Positions 1 through 10,042 of a stretch of 64,000 nucleotides of DNA are shown in pieces (position 1 is the stretch's first letter; every line of letters begins with the position of its first letter). Source of the DNA: Pseudomonadota bacterium (lineage in GTDB: Bacteria; Bdellovibrionota; UBA2428). The stretch spans positions 2,905 through 66,904 of the forward strand of contig JAGNHS010000006.1 in the NCBI GenBank assembly GCA_018001635.1. Direction: 5' to 3'. Below the pieces are notes generated by a model. It was not told the origin of the DNA, ran no database searches, and saw only the letters and a program-made list of their open reading frames with translations. The translations under genes and the position numbers were made by a program.

Positions 1-441
1 TTTTTCTAAGCTTCCTACGAGGTCGCTTTCAGAGTTTTCATAAAAATAACGAGTGCTTTCTTCGCAAAGAATTTGAAGATCGTTTTGCGTTTTAAAAAAA
101 TCTAAAAGAAGATCAAAAAGTTCCTTAGGGTAAAAGAAGCCATCGCAGATATTGGGATTACTGAGCCATACGGCTTTGAATTGATTTAAATTTAAACTTA
201 CAATTTGTTCGGGGTCTCTGGGAATTTCGATGAGTTTGATTTTTAGGGCTTGGGCAGCTTTCTCGAATATTTCGGGGTAGGGAGCAATCACTCCAACCAC
301 ATCATTTTCGGATATATTTTTAACTTTTGCCCAAGTCATTAAAGCTTCTACAGGTGTTGAATAAAAATAAACTTTTTCAGGATTTTTAACCCAGATAAGT
401 TTCTGCAAATTTTTGAGGTCCGTTGGCCATGATTGTTCCAT
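1..441 (-). CDS. hypothetical protein, C-terminally truncated by the window edge. Its start codon (ATG at 441..439) directly abuts the stop of the upstream TonB-like gene.
   Basis: The reverse-strand reading frame is open from 441 to position 1 (MEQSWPTDLKNLQKLIWVKNPEKVYFYSTPVEALMTW...). No family recognised. Confidence 0.4.
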   Translation of the reverse strand, partial: MEQSWPTDLKNLQKLIWVKNPEKVYFYSTPVEALMTWAKVKNISENDVVGVIAPYPEIFEKAAQALKIKLIEIPRDPEQIVSLNLNQFKAVWLSNPNICDGFFYPKELFDLLLDFFKTQNDLQILCEESTRYFYENSESDLVGSLEK

Positions 442-1362
442 TTAGCGATACCCCGTTCTTTGTATAGTAAATTGTACATTTTGATCAGCGTCGGCCACAA
501 GGACAAAGTCCCAACGAATACTCACTAGTCCATCGTCTCCAATCATACCTTGAGGCGGGTTGGGGAAGGGGGCAGATTGTCTGAACGCATCTGTGGCTGC
601 TCTATCAAGTCCAGCTAAGCCAGAGCCTTCAAGAATTTGTATTTTTTGGAGTTGGCCTGAAGGAGAGAGAAAAACTCGAATGCTAGTTTTACGAGTTTGA
701 TTGGAGATGGGGTGTCCTTGAGATTGGAGCAGGGGAATTTCCTCTCTGAGTTTGACTTGCCAAGTTTCGCTAAGTTTTTCGCGGATGCGAGCGTAAAAAC
801 TATAATATTTAAACTCTTTGGCGTTCAGCAGAGTTTGAGCTCCAATGGCGACATCTTGGAGATAGTCGTCAGTGGCTGATTCACCCTCGCCTTTGGGCCC
901 ATCTTCGCTAGCAGGTCTTCTTAATCGACCTGTTGGGGCGCTCGCGGGTTCGCGTCCTTTAGGAGGACTTTCAGTGCTGTCTGTGATTTTTAAAAGTTGA
1001 GAGATCTTTTTTTGATCTCCCCCATTGGGATTTCCTTGATTGAATATATTTTTAAATTTTCCAAATTTAGCGGCACGAGTTTCGTTGTCGGCAATTTGAT
1101 TATGACTCGATAAGTATTTTGCCTTTTCACTTGGGGCTTCTTCACTTTTAAGTGAAGGGTCTATTTGTACAATTTGTTTTTCTTTTGAGTTCGCTTCTAA
1201 TTCACGTTTAAGAGCTTTTTGAAAATCTGCTTCACTGACTGATTTGACTTCGATAGCAGATGCAGGAGCATAATTTTCTTCATGCTTTATGAGTGATTGA
1301 ATCACTAGCAAAAGAAATAGAATTAAGTGGCCAACAAGTGACCAAAGCAGGGATCTCTTCAC
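442..1362 (-). CDS. TonB-family energy transducer with a TonB C-terminal domain
   Basis: N-terminal transmembrane segment, then a charged/Pro-containing linker. The C-terminus (SIRVFLSPSGQLQKIQILEGSGLAGLDRAATDAFRQSAPFPNPP) matches the TonB C-terminal domain pattern. Confidence 0.6.
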   Translation of the reverse strand: MKRSLLWSLVGHLILFLLLVIQSLIKHEENYAPASAIEVKSVSEADFQKALKRELEANSKEKQIVQIDPSLKSEEAPSEKAKYLSSHNQIADNETRAAKFGKFKNIFNQGNPNGGDQKKISQLLKITDSTESPPKGREPASAPTGRLRRPASEDGPKGEGESATDDYLQDVAIGAQTLLNAKEFKYYSFYARIREKLSETWQVKLREEIPLLQSQGHPISNQTRKTSIRVFLSPSGQLQKIQILEGSGLAGLDRAATDAFRQSAPFPNPPQGMIGDDGLVSIRWDFVLVADADQNVQFTIQRTGYR

Positions 1363-1425
1363 CTAGGCTTATTCGGCAGCCTAGCTTAGGAATTAGAGTA
1401 GAAATGGCGTCAATAAATTAGGGGT

Positions 1426-2013
1426 CTATTTCTTGACGTTAGTGGCTTCAACACCGCTTACAATGGCCGTGGCGACTAAAACTTTAACAATTAGACCCGG
1501 AACAAAGGGGTAAAATCCCATAACAAGTAGGCTTTTCATAGGAACAAAAAAGCTTAGGCCCACTAAGCCGAAGCTAAAAATTATAGCTTTTCCTATTAGA
1601 GACGCCATGAGTGTGGAGCCAATGTTTTTAGTCCATCCACGATCGGCAAGAAGACCCACGACATAAGAAGCTGCAAGCATGCCCACTAAATATCCAGCAC
1701 TTGGAAACACTAAACCGCTTTTGAATTCAGCAAAAATAGGAAGTCCCGCCATACCCAAGCCTAAATAGCTAAGTGTGGTAGAAGTAGCTAAGCGTGAGCC
1801 ATAAAATAGTGCGATGAGAAGAACTCCCAAAGATTGACCTGTAATGGGAACAGGCGTGAAGGGAAGTGGAATGGAAACTTGAGCTAAAGCGCTGAGAAGA
1901 ATCACACCGCTTATGACAAAAGCAAGATTTAATAGTTTGAGTTGGCTAGCTTTTCGATTGAAAGCAATTCGTTGAATAAGAGTTTGGGGTTGTGCTTTGA
2001 CTTTGCTAATCAT
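1426..2013 (-). CDS. bioY: BioY-family biotin transporter (ECF S-component)
   Basis: About 190-aa polytopic membrane protein with BioY-like motifs (VPITGQSLGVLL..., PSAGYLVGM). Confidence 0.65.
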   Translation of the reverse strand: MISKVKAQPQTLIQRIAFNRKASQLKLLNLAFVISGVILLSALAQVSIPLPFTPVPITGQSLGVLLIALFYGSRLATSTTLSYLGLGMAGLPIFAEFKSGLVFPSAGYLVGMLAASYVVGLLADRGWTKNIGSTLMASLIGKAIIFSFGLVGLSFFVPMKSLLVMGFYPFVPGLIVKVLVATAIVSGVEATNVKK

Positions 2014-2033
2014 GAACTTAATAAAGTCGATCC

Positions 2034-3176
2034 CTAGATTTTTGGCAAGCTTTGAAGATAGTCTTGTAATTCTTTGAAGGCTCCTGCCATTTGAAGAACT
2101 TCTAAAAGCCGTGTTCTAGCAATGGGAATGTATTGGGCATATTCAGGCTTGCCGCCTTCCGTCGAAAGTCTTCCGTAGGCGCCTAAGGCCTGCATGAGTC
2201 TTTGACTTGCTGCAGGGGCAAAATAGTCGTGCTTCCAATCTGAGTAATTGAGATTTTGAGGAAGCACTTTGATTTTTTTTAGGCGCTCAAAGGAGTTTTT
2301 TAATAAATTTTCGCGAATATTTGGCGCTATCGAAACGTATGGGTCGTAAAGCAAAGAAGCAATGTCGTATTCGGGGCGTCCTAATCGCATGCCTTGATAA
2401 TCTATAAAGCCAGGAGAACGAGGTGTGGGAAAAAGTATATTCTCGGATTGAAAGTCTCGATGTAAAAGAAATCGTTCTTGGGAAGCAATTTTTTCAATAA
2501 AGGATTTTTGTTCAGCTTCGGGTAAAAGTTTGCGGGCTTTTTCTGAGCTTAAGCCCATATCTTTTTCTAATAGTTTTTCGCGAAATAAATCCTGTTCCCA
2601 GAGGTAATAATCAAAGTTAAAGGGGGGTTCCAGCGGGGCTCCTGCTAATTCACTTTCTTTGAGTTTATGCATTTTTGCCACTTCTCTTAGGACGGCCTTA
2701 TAATCGCGCTCAATGTTTTGAGGGCTTTCTTCGACTCTACGTTTGAGAAGTTGATCGCCAAAATCTTCGAGCAAAAGAAATTCTTCGCTTCCTTCTAGTT
2801 TTTCGTGGGCAAAAACTTTTGGGACTTTGACTCCATGGCTTTGGAGAAAGTCTGTGGCTTTTACAAAATTGAGATTGTCAGCACGACTGTCATTAAAGCG
2901 CATCACGATGTAGGACTTAAGCTTTCCGTTTTCACGACGTGTGATTCTATAAAATCTTCGTCCAGAGCCGCGTATGTCCATAACTTCTTTTATGGTCCAG
3001 GGAGAATTGTTGTCTTTATTGAGATTGGGGATTTGCTTGAGTTTATCGAAAACTAAATTGAGTTCTCCGTTTTTTTGACAAGCGAGTGTGAGGGCACGAA
3101 TAGCGCTATTATTCTCGGCATGACTTAATGGAATGAGGAGAAATGCAACTAAAAGAAATAAGCCTTCCAATGTCAT
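2034..3176 (-). CDS. Phosphotransferase-family kinase (APH/choline-kinase fold, AmgK-like) with a signal-peptide-like N-terminus
   Basis: Catalytic loop HRDFQSENILF, and IDYQGMRLGRPEYDIASLL typical of PF01636 kinases. The N-terminus MTLEGLFLLVAFLLIPLSHA is hydrophobic. Confidence 0.6.
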   Translation of the reverse strand: MTLEGLFLLVAFLLIPLSHAENNSAIRALTLACQKNGELNLVFDKLKQIPNLNKDNNSPWTIKEVMDIRGSGRRFYRITRRENGKLKSYIVMRFNDSRADNLNFVKATDFLQSHGVKVPKVFAHEKLEGSEEFLLLEDFGDQLLKRRVEESPQNIERDYKAVLREVAKMHKLKESELAGAPLEPPFNFDYYLWEQDLFREKLLEKDMGLSSEKARKLLPEAEQKSFIEKIASQERFLLHRDFQSENILFPTPRSPGFIDYQGMRLGRPEYDIASLLYDPYVSIAPNIRENLLKNSFERLKKIKVLPQNLNYSDWKHDYFAPAASQRLMQALGAYGRLSTEGGKPEYAQYIPIARTRLLEVLQMAGAFKELQDYLQSLPKI

Positions 3177-3240
3177 AGTTTTATTTTGAGCTATGGCAAA
3201 ATTAACTACAAGTACGAATTTAGAAGTTTTTCACTTAAGA

Positions 3241-4209
3241 CTACTTATACAAACCAATTTCACGAAGTCTTTGTGCCAAATATTCGCCTGCAGTGGTGGC
3301 GGGGTCTTTGGGGGGATTCTCGGCACTTGTGCAAGTGTCGAGAGCTGCTAATGACATGTCCGAAATGGGGTGTAGAAAAAAGGGAATAGAAAAACGAGGC
3401 TTGCTCATAGCAGAGCGATCTGTTGGATTCACGACTTGGTGTGTGGTGCTTTTAAGTCTGTAATTAGTGAGACGCTGAAGCATGTCGCCCACGTTAACTA
3501 CGATTTCATCGCGTCCACTTTGAAGTGCGACCCATTCGCCTTTGCGGTTTTTAACTTGGAGGCCGGGTTCAGATGCGCCAATCAAAAGTGTGATGAGGTT
3601 GATGTCTTCATGTGCAGAGGATCTGTAGGCTTTGGGTTCTTCATCACCCCTAAGTGGAGGGTAGTGAATGGGGCGAAGTATAGAATTTCCGTAACGGACT
3701 TTTTCAGTAAAATAATCTTCTGGAACTTCAAGTATGATGGAGATAGCTCTGAGCATGTCGATGCCAAGTTCCAGTAAACCACTATAGAGATTTCTAAGTG
3801 TTTGATCGAAGTCTTTCACATCGGATACGGAAACGTTTTTGGGATAAACTTTTGATAGTGGGTTGCTTTCGGGAACCTCAACACCAACATGAAAGAATTC
3901 TTTAAGATCAAATACAGGATTGTCTTTGGCGTGCTCTGTTTTAAAAGGTGTGAAACCTCGGGCGCCACCAGTATTTGGAATGTGGTATTTCATTTTTGTC
4001 TCATTGGGGAGAGCAAAAAAGTTTTGAACCACTTCATAACTTTTTTCTTGCAACTGTGAACTCACCTTGTGACCTTTGATGATCACAAAACCAATGTCTT
4101 CGTAGGCCGTTCGTAATCCCTGAACAAAGGCCTTTTTATCGCTAGAATTATTAGAATAAAATTGGTTGATATCGAGTGTAAGAATTTGGCTCATAGGCCT
4201 CGAATACAT
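3241..4209 (-). CDS. 2-oxoglutarate/Fe(II)-dependent dioxygenase (isopenicillin-N-synthase-like)
   Basis: HxD...H facial triad (HEDINLITLL ... TTHQVVNP) and an RxS motif (RFSIPFF). Confidence 0.65.
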   Translation of the reverse strand: MYSRPMSQILTLDINQFYSNNSSDKKAFVQGLRTAYEDIGFVIIKGHKVSSQLQEKSYEVVQNFFALPNETKMKYHIPNTGGARGFTPFKTEHAKDNPVFDLKEFFHVGVEVPESNPLSKVYPKNVSVSDVKDFDQTLRNLYSGLLELGIDMLRAISIILEVPEDYFTEKVRYGNSILRPIHYPPLRGDEEPKAYRSSAHEDINLITLLIGASEPGLQVKNRKGEWVALQSGRDEIVVNVGDMLQRLTNYRLKSTTHQVVNPTDRSAMSKPRFSIPFFLHPISDMSLAALDTCTSAENPPKDPATTAGEYLAQRLREIGLYK

Positions 4210-4292
4210 GGCTTCAAAGATTCTGGCAACTCAATAGCCCTTACATCCTGGACCCAAGGCCGCTGCCTAATAAATCTACGAAATTTAACCCT

Positions 4293-6071
4293 TTATAAAA
4301 GCTTTAATGGCCCCGCGACGAGCTCTCCACCTCTGTGAATACTCGCTTGGTTGGGGTGATTCAGAGCGATTCCTGGTGAAAGCTGTGCATAATTTTCAAC
4401 GCTAGTCATTGTTGCGCGAGTTTCATAGAGCGCTTGAATGGGCAGAATGAGGTCGGCTCTGTCTGTGTAAATGCTTTGAAAAGAATCAGCCACTATAACG
4501 AGAGGGGCGCTGGCAAGATATTGTGCGAGAGCTTCAGAGCGTTTTCTTTGCGTGCTTTGAGCAAATAAAAATATGGGGCCCTTAGCTTTTTGCCCTTGAA
4601 GAGAATTTTCCAAGTACTCAATAGGGGCGAGACCTTCATTTAGAAGTCCTCGAGAATTAGTGCCAGTCCAAAGCACAAGCTGTTGGCATTGTGCAGAGGC
4701 TTGAGACATGGCCTTGAGGTCAGTATCATTTTTAGGAGCTGATAAAAGCAATAAGTCTTCTGCGCCAAGTTTAGAAAATTCAGAAGAGTCTTTGTATTCA
4801 ATCCACTGCAATTTAGATTCTCTAACAGCTTGGGCAATTTTTAATTTTAAAATTGGAATGAGTTTTTCAAGTGTGTCTAAGGAAATTGGAGAATGAACTT
4901 TTTTGACTTGAGCCCAGTTAATTTGACCGGCACCTTGTGGAGTGGCGGCCAGAGTTTTCCAATAATTTAAGAGACTCGCCGAAGCTGGGCTCGGATTGAT
5001 GACTTCAACTTTTCGCCCTCGAGCGATCCAGGAATCTCTTAATTCTTTGGCCCAAGAAATTTCTTCGTGGGGGGCGGTGTCTTCTATCCAAAATTCCCAC
5101 GCATTTTGATTGGAGTATTCTTCAATGTTTCTTTGAATCTCTTTTAATGAAACTTCTTCGAGAGCTCCATTTTTTGATCGGCGTAACATTGGGGATTGAA
5201 GTCGAAGTTCGTCGTTATTGTGAAAGTGATATCCCCATCGTCCTTCGTCACACATCCACCAACGATTGATGTTTTGATTTTTGCGAGGAGTGAGTCGTAC
5301 AATTTTTGGATTAGGTGGAGCTTTGTCGGGGCGAACGATTCCAGGGTGGCGATGCTTGGTGTCGATTTCAACGTTGCAACCCATTGAGCATCCTGTGCAA
5401 ATAGCATCGTGGCTTTTAAGTTCCCAAGGACGCGCGGCAAATCTAAAATCCTGAGCTGTTAAGGCGCCCACAGGACAGAGATCGACGACGTTTCCTGAAA
5501 ATGCGGATTTTAAGGGAGCGTTGTTAAAGACGTCTATGACGTTGGAATTACCTCGGTTGTTGACAACAAGTTCTGCTTTGCCGTCAATTTCAGAGGAGAA
5601 TCGTACACAGCGAGTGCAGAGAATACATCGTTCTTGGTCGAGAACGATTTGGTCAGAAATGCTTTTATGTTTATCTCTCAAAACTTTTTCGTCTTCCATT
5701 CGAGAGAGTGGGGGGCCATATTGATAAGTGTAGTCTTGAAGTTTGCATTCTCCACCGCGATCGCAAATAGGGCAATCTAGAGGGTGATTGAGCAGTGTGA
5801 ATTCTAAAGACGCATTTTGTCCGCTTTGAACTTTTTCAGATTGAGTGATGACTTTCATGCCTTCGGCAACAGGGGTCGAGCAGGCTGTAGCCAATTTAGG
5901 CATGCCTTCAACTTCTACAAAACACATTCGGCATTGGCCCACTACCGTGAGGCCTTCATGATAGCAAAAATAGGGAACATGTTGTCCCGCTTTTTTGGTA
6001 GCCTTAATGATGTTGGACCCCTGGGGAACGCTAACTGGGATTCCGTCTACTGTAAGATTTATATCGCTCAC
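4293..6071 (-). CDS. nuoG: NADH:quinone oxidoreductase 75-kDa-subunit-like (NuoG-like) protein with a truncated C-terminal domain
   Basis: N-terminal 2Fe-2S ferredoxin fold (CYHEGLTVVGQCRMCFVEV), the His-Cys3 cluster motif HPLDCPICDRGGECKLQD, CILCTRCVRF and CPVGALT. It is only 592 aa, whereas NuoG is about 900 aa. Confidence 0.75.
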   Translation of the reverse strand: MSDINLTVDGIPVSVPQGSNIIKATKKAGQHVPYFCYHEGLTVVGQCRMCFVEVEGMPKLATACSTPVAEGMKVITQSEKVQSGQNASLEFTLLNHPLDCPICDRGGECKLQDYTYQYGPPLSRMEDEKVLRDKHKSISDQIVLDQERCILCTRCVRFSSEIDGKAELVVNNRGNSNVIDVFNNAPLKSAFSGNVVDLCPVGALTAQDFRFAARPWELKSHDAICTGCSMGCNVEIDTKHRHPGIVRPDKAPPNPKIVRLTPRKNQNINRWWMCDEGRWGYHFHNNDELRLQSPMLRRSKNGALEEVSLKEIQRNIEEYSNQNAWEFWIEDTAPHEEISWAKELRDSWIARGRKVEVINPSPASASLLNYWKTLAATPQGAGQINWAQVKKVHSPISLDTLEKLIPILKLKIAQAVRESKLQWIEYKDSSEFSKLGAEDLLLLSAPKNDTDLKAMSQASAQCQQLVLWTGTNSRGLLNEGLAPIEYLENSLQGQKAKGPIFLFAQSTQRKRSEALAQYLASAPLVIVADSFQSIYTDRADLILPIQALYETRATMTSVENYAQLSPGIALNHPNQASIHRGGELVAGPLKLL

Positions 6072-6086
6072 TTTTTAAAAAACCTC

Positions 6087-7793
6087 TTACCTATCAATTT
6101 CGCCTAAAACGGGATCGAGACTTGCAATGGTTGTGACCACATCGGCGATGAGTTTTCCTTTAACGAGTTCGGGAATAATTTGTACGCTTCTATAAGAAGG
6201 ACTGTGTATACGAGTGCGCACGGGTTTGTTGCCGCCATCACTTTTAATGAAAAATCCAAATTCTCCTTTGGGATTTTCAATGGCGGAATAAATCTGGCCC
6301 ACAGGAGCTTTGAAACCCTCGGAGATAATTTTAAAGTGCCAGATTAGAGCTTCCATTTGAGTGTAAACTTGATCTTTTGTTGGAATCACAACTTCAGGAA
6401 CATCGGCATTAACAGGGCCAGTAGGAAGATTGTTAATGGCTTGTTCGAGAATTTTGATACTCTCACGCATTTCAAGTTGGCGTACGAGATATCGATCGTA
6501 AGCATCGCCGTTGTCACCTAGGGGAACTTTAAAATCGAAATCTGAATAGGCCAAATAAGGCATGTTTTTTCGAAGATCCCAATTGATGCCAGTGGCTCTT
6601 AAGTTCGGACCACTAATTCCGTATTGCAGAGCTAGTTTTTGGCTTATGGCGCCTACACCGCTAGTGCGATCAATCCAGATACGATTGTTAGTAAGCAAAT
6701 GCTCCATGTCGTCGAGTGTGGCGGGTAATTGCTTTAGAAACGCTTGTAGTTCAGTAATGAATTCTTTGCTGGCGTCGCGAGCCACTCCACCAATGCGTGT
6801 ATAGCTTGTCGTGAATCGATGCCCAGCCAGTTTTTCAATGAGATCGTAAATTTTTTCACGTTCATCGAAGGTGTGGAAGAAAACTGTGCCGGCTCCAACG
6901 TCGAGAGCGTAAGTTCCAAGAGCCAATAGATGGGAACTAATTCTTGCTAATTCACAGGCGATCACTCTTACGTATTGAGCGCGTTTTGGAAGTTCAATTC
7001 CAAAAAGTTTTTCAACAGCCATGGCGTAGCTCACATTGTTAGAAAGCGGCGCTAAGTAGTCGAGTCGGTCAGTGTATGGAATAAATTGATGGAATCTTTT
7101 ATTTTCAGCAATTTTTTCGAAACCGCGATGGAGAAATCCAATATCGGGAATGCATTGAATCACTGTTTCGCCATCGATTTCTAGAATCATTCGGAGCACC
7201 CCGTGAGTGGAGGGGTGTTGTGGGCCCATGTTTAAAATTAAAGTGTCGTTATGCTTTTTTTGTATAGGAGTGCTGAGTTTTGGAAGGCTTAGCTTAACGG
7301 GTTCGTCGGATCGACTGATGGGATTTAATCCATGACTGCGCTTAATCTTTTTTTGCACCGTAAATAGAGCTTGCATGAGAGCTTCGGGACGGGGGGGACA
7401 ACCCGGAACATAAACATCTACGGGGAGAATGTGGTCGAGGCCCTGAACTACGGGATAGCTATCGAACATTCCCCCAGTGCAAAGACAGGTGCCCATGGCG
7501 ATGACCCATTTGGGTTCCATCATTTGCTCGTAAACACGTCGAACAACGGGCGCCATTTTGTATGTGAGAGTACCAGCCACGATCATAAGATCGGCTTGGC
7601 GCGGAGAGAATCGAAGCACTTCGCTTCCAAAGCGTGACATATCAAATTTAGGACCAACGGTGGCCATCATTTCGATAGCGCAACAAGAAATTCCCATAGG
7701 CATAGGCCACAGACTATTGGCCCGACCCCAATTGATGAGATCCTCCAAACGAGTTGTGATTATGGATTCGCCTAGTTTTGACTCAAGACCCAT
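6087..7793 (-). CDS. Fused NuoB (20 kDa, N2 Fe-S) and NuoD (49 kDa) complex-I subunits
   Basis: Residues 1 to about 165 carry the NuoB motifs [21 protein letters not shown] and VPGCPPRPE. After a short linker comes NuoD ([17 protein letters not shown] ... DPVLGEIDR). There is no NuoC segment and no NiFe-binding cysteines. Confidence 0.8.
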   Translation of the reverse strand: MGLESKLGESIITTRLEDLINWGRANSLWPMPMGISCCAIEMMATVGPKFDMSRFGSEVLRFSPRQADLMIVAGTLTYKMAPVVRRVYEQMMEPKWVIAMGTCLCTGGMFDSYPVVQGLDHILPVDVYVPGCPPRPEALMQALFTVQKKIKRSHGLNPISRSDEPVKLSLPKLSTPIQKKHNDTLILNMGPQHPSTHGVLRMILEIDGETVIQCIPDIGFLHRGFEKIAENKRFHQFIPYTDRLDYLAPLSNNVSYAMAVEKLFGIELPKRAQYVRVIACELARISSHLLALGTYALDVGAGTVFFHTFDEREKIYDLIEKLAGHRFTTSYTRIGGVARDASKEFITELQAFLKQLPATLDDMEHLLTNNRIWIDRTSGVGAISQKLALQYGISGPNLRATGINWDLRKNMPYLAYSDFDFKVPLGDNGDAYDRYLVRQLEMRESIKILEQAINNLPTGPVNADVPEVVIPTKDQVYTQMEALIWHFKIISEGFKAPVGQIYSAIENPKGEFGFFIKSDGGNKPVRTRIHSPSYRSVQIIPELVKGKLIADVVTTIASLDPVLGEIDR

Positions 7794-7795
7794 TT

Positions 7796-8164
7796 TTACA
7801 AAGTCTCCTCAAGATGTTCGTCTGCATCATCTTCTTCGCTCAAAGCGGCAGGTTTTTTCTTCATATCTGACTTGGATTGAAACTGTCGAATAAGGTGTTC
7901 TTCTCTTTGAAGAAGTTTGTCGATATTTTCAATTTTAATAATGAGGCGATCGATTTGCAGATCGGATATTTTGCCCTCTTTAGTGTGTTGAACTGCAATC
8001 TCACCAATTTTTTGTAAAAATTGAAGGCGCTGTTGCTGAAGTCTGGTCGCGTCATAAAGAGTTTGTGCAATTTTTCCGGTTCTAGAGAGTTCTTCGGCCG
8101 GACGAGCAAAAAATCGCCGAAAAGCATTGCTGATACTACGGGTAAAACTCTTTGATGTGCTCAT
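7796..8164 (-). CDS. hypothetical coiled-coil protein with an acidic C-terminus
   Basis: 122-aa ORF lying 2 nt upstream of nuoBD on the same strand. No recognisable family. Confidence 0.4.
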   Translation of the reverse strand: MSTSKSFTRSISNAFRRFFARPAEELSRTGKIAQTLYDATRLQQQRLQFLQKIGEIAVQHTKEGKISDLQIDRLIIKIENIDKLLQREEHLIRQFQSKSDMKKKPAALSEEDDADEHLEETL

Positions 8165-8260
8165 AGGATAGGATAGTTATACCCAGACTTGAAGCATAAC
8201 TCCAGACCAAGCTAAAATTGCTCTTAGATCTAAGATTGTCTTTAGTTTTCATCGTAGCTC

Positions 8261-8291
8261 TTGATAAAATTGAGGCTTCCACTTAGATAAT
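8261..8291 (+). promoter_or_regulatory. Putative sigma-70-type promoter for tRNA-Leu
   Basis: TTGATA (8261..8266), a 17-nt spacer, then TAGATAAT (8284..8291). The tRNA starts at 8304. Confidence 0.35.
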
Positions 8292-8303
8292 ACTTTCCAA
8301 TAC

Positions 8304-8387
8304 GGCTCTTTGGCGGAACTGGTAGACGCAGTGGACTCAAAATCCACCGCCTTCACGGGCGTCCGAGTTCGACTCTCGGAGGAGCCA
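8304..8387 (+). tRNA. tRNA-Leu, anticodon CAA
   Basis: Cloverleaf can be read directly. The acceptor stem is GGCTCTT/AGGAGCC, followed by the discriminator A. The anticodon loop is CTCAAAA flanked by GTGGA/TCCAC. There is a long variable arm (CGCCTTCACGGGCG) and a T-arm CCGAG-TTCGACT-CTCGG. No CCA is encoded. Confidence 0.85.
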
Positions 8388-8389
8388 TT

Positions 8390-9256
8390 TTAATGCAGTG
8401 GTCGCTTTTTAATCATTCCACCTCGGGTGTCTTTAATTGAATGTTGAATAATAAAAGCTTCTGGATCGATCAATTCAACTGCACTCAAAAGTTGAGTGAC
8501 CTCGAGTCGAGTGACGGCACAAAATAGAGCTTTGCGTTCTTCGGTGTCGTGACCTTTTTTTCCATAGCCACCTTCAGTTTTATAAACGGTGACGCCTCGT
8601 TGAAGCTCGTTCGTGAGCATCTTTCTAATTTTTTCAAACTTGGGCGAAATAATAGTAACCCCTATGTATTCTTCTATTCCGTTTAAAACGAAATCAACAC
8701 TTTTGGATGCGGAAACATAAGTGAGCATGGAATACATGGCTGTTTCAAAATTTAGTAAGAACGCTACGCCAATAAATAAAATAAAATTAAACAAGGCTAT
8801 AAAATCGCCAACTGAAAGGCTCGATTTTCGACTTATTTGAACTGCAAGCACTTCGGTGCCGTCAATAACAGCACCACCGCGAATAGTGAGACCTATTCCA
8901 AGTCCCAAGAAAACTCCACCGAATACAGCAATAAGTAATTTATCTTGAGTGAATGCAGGTATGTGAATTGAGTGAACGGCCAGAGCCAATATCACAATGG
9001 CGATGGCGCTTTTAAGGGCAAACTCTAATGAAATTTGTTTAATACCCATGAGTACAAAGGGAATATTCACAAGCACAATAAAAATAGAGAGATCAATATT
9101 TATAAAGTGGTTGAGTAATAGAGATATTCCCATGGCGCCACCATCAAAAAATCCGTTAGGCAGGAGAAAGCCCTTAAGACCAATAGTGGCAAAAATTATT
9201 CCTAATAAAATTAAAATATTTTTAGAAACCCATATAAATTTAAGAGGCTTAGGCAT
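8390..9256 (-). CDS. YitT-family (DUF161/DUF2179) membrane protein
   Basis: Multi-TM N-terminal part with GGAMGISLLLNHF and a soluble C-terminal domain. Overall resemblance to the YitT family. Confidence 0.55.
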   Translation of the reverse strand: MPKPLKFIWVSKNILILLGIIFATIGLKGFLLPNGFFDGGAMGISLLLNHFINIDLSIFIVLVNIPFVLMGIKQISLEFALKSAIAIVILALAVHSIHIPAFTQDKLLIAVFGGVFLGLGIGLTIRGGAVIDGTEVLAVQISRKSSLSVGDFIALFNFILFIGVAFLLNFETAMYSMLTYVSASKSVDFVLNGIEEYIGVTIISPKFEKIRKMLTNELQRGVTVYKTEGGYGKKGHDTEERKALFCAVTRLEVTQLLSAVELIDPEAFIIQHSIKDTRGGMIKKRPLH

Positions 9257-9338
9257 AGAGATTATATTTTATCAAAAATAATAATAGAGCAAGGCTCACT
9301 TTAAATTTAAGCCTTTTAAGAGAATTGCCGAAGTCTTC

Positions 9339-10040
9339 TTGATTCATATGAGTAGGAGACTTCAGATGAGATTTATCAACTTAAATTTAAAAACCTTTGG
9401 ATTTGTCATGCTAGGCTTTCTAGGTCTGTTTCAGACTCCATGGGTGCATGCGGGAAAACCTTCAAAGTCTCCTGTTGTTTTGTCTATGGATCCTAGGAAA
9501 TGGAATTTTTTATACAGTGTGGGAATGCCACGAAATCCGAGAGCAAGCTCATCGAATTCTTGGATTTTTGATTTCCCCGATATTAGCCAAGGGGAAATTG
9601 ATTATATAACTCAAAGCGTTTCTGGTGCAATTATGGGCACTCTCTTGAGAGCGGATATCAAAATTACAACTTTAGGGAATCCGGTGTTTGACTATAAAAC
9701 TGAGAGTGGAAACACGTGCGATTTTCCCGCTCATGCAAGATTCTACATTCAGCGTGCGTGGACAAATAATAATTATGATCGATGGTGGGCTAATCCCATT
9801 GCTTTCAAATTAGAATCTGCTTCTGCAACTTTGAGTGTGCCTTTAGATCCTAGCCAATGGACAGACACTTGGGGACATCGCGGAAGCGAAGATCTAGCTT
9901 CAGTGGCTGGTTTTAAGAAAGCTCTCAATGAGGTGACTCAAATTGGTTTAACCTTTGGTGGAGGTTGTTTTTTTGGACACGGGGTTAGAGTTGTTGGTGG
10001 CACCGCTGATTTTGAAGTGACTCAATTTAAAATTGAATAA
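9339..10040 (+). CDS. hypothetical secreted protein
   Basis: Signal-peptide-like segment (FGFVMLGFLGLFQTPWVHA). No recognisable domain. Confidence 0.45.
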   Translation: MIHMSRRLQMRFINLNLKTFGFVMLGFLGLFQTPWVHAGKPSKSPVVLSMDPRKWNFLYSVGMPRNPRASSSNSWIFDFPDISQGEIDYITQSVSGAIMGTLLRADIKITTLGNPVFDYKTESGNTCDFPAHARFYIQRAWTNNNYDRWWANPIAFKLESASATLSVPLDPSQWTDTWGHRGSEDLASVAGFKKALNEVTQIGLTFGGGCFFGHGVRVVGGTADFEVTQFKIE

Positions 10041-10042
10041 CT

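Noticed and set aside
697-879. Short ORFs on the strand opposite to long genes, for example 697..879, 2805..3056, 3436..3777, 5196..5387, 6562..6804, 7371..7893, 16770..16967 and 21723..22020
   Set aside because: They lie entirely inside longer, well-supported CDS on the other strand. They have no recognisable motifs and are typical shadow ORFs.
4293-6071. Alternative reading of the NuoG-like protein as a formate-dehydrogenase or hydrogenase Fe-S subunit
   Set aside because: It is adjacent to a NuoB-NuoD fusion, and its N-terminal cluster motifs match the complex I 75-kDa subunit pattern. The possibility is not excluded, and is noted in the findings.
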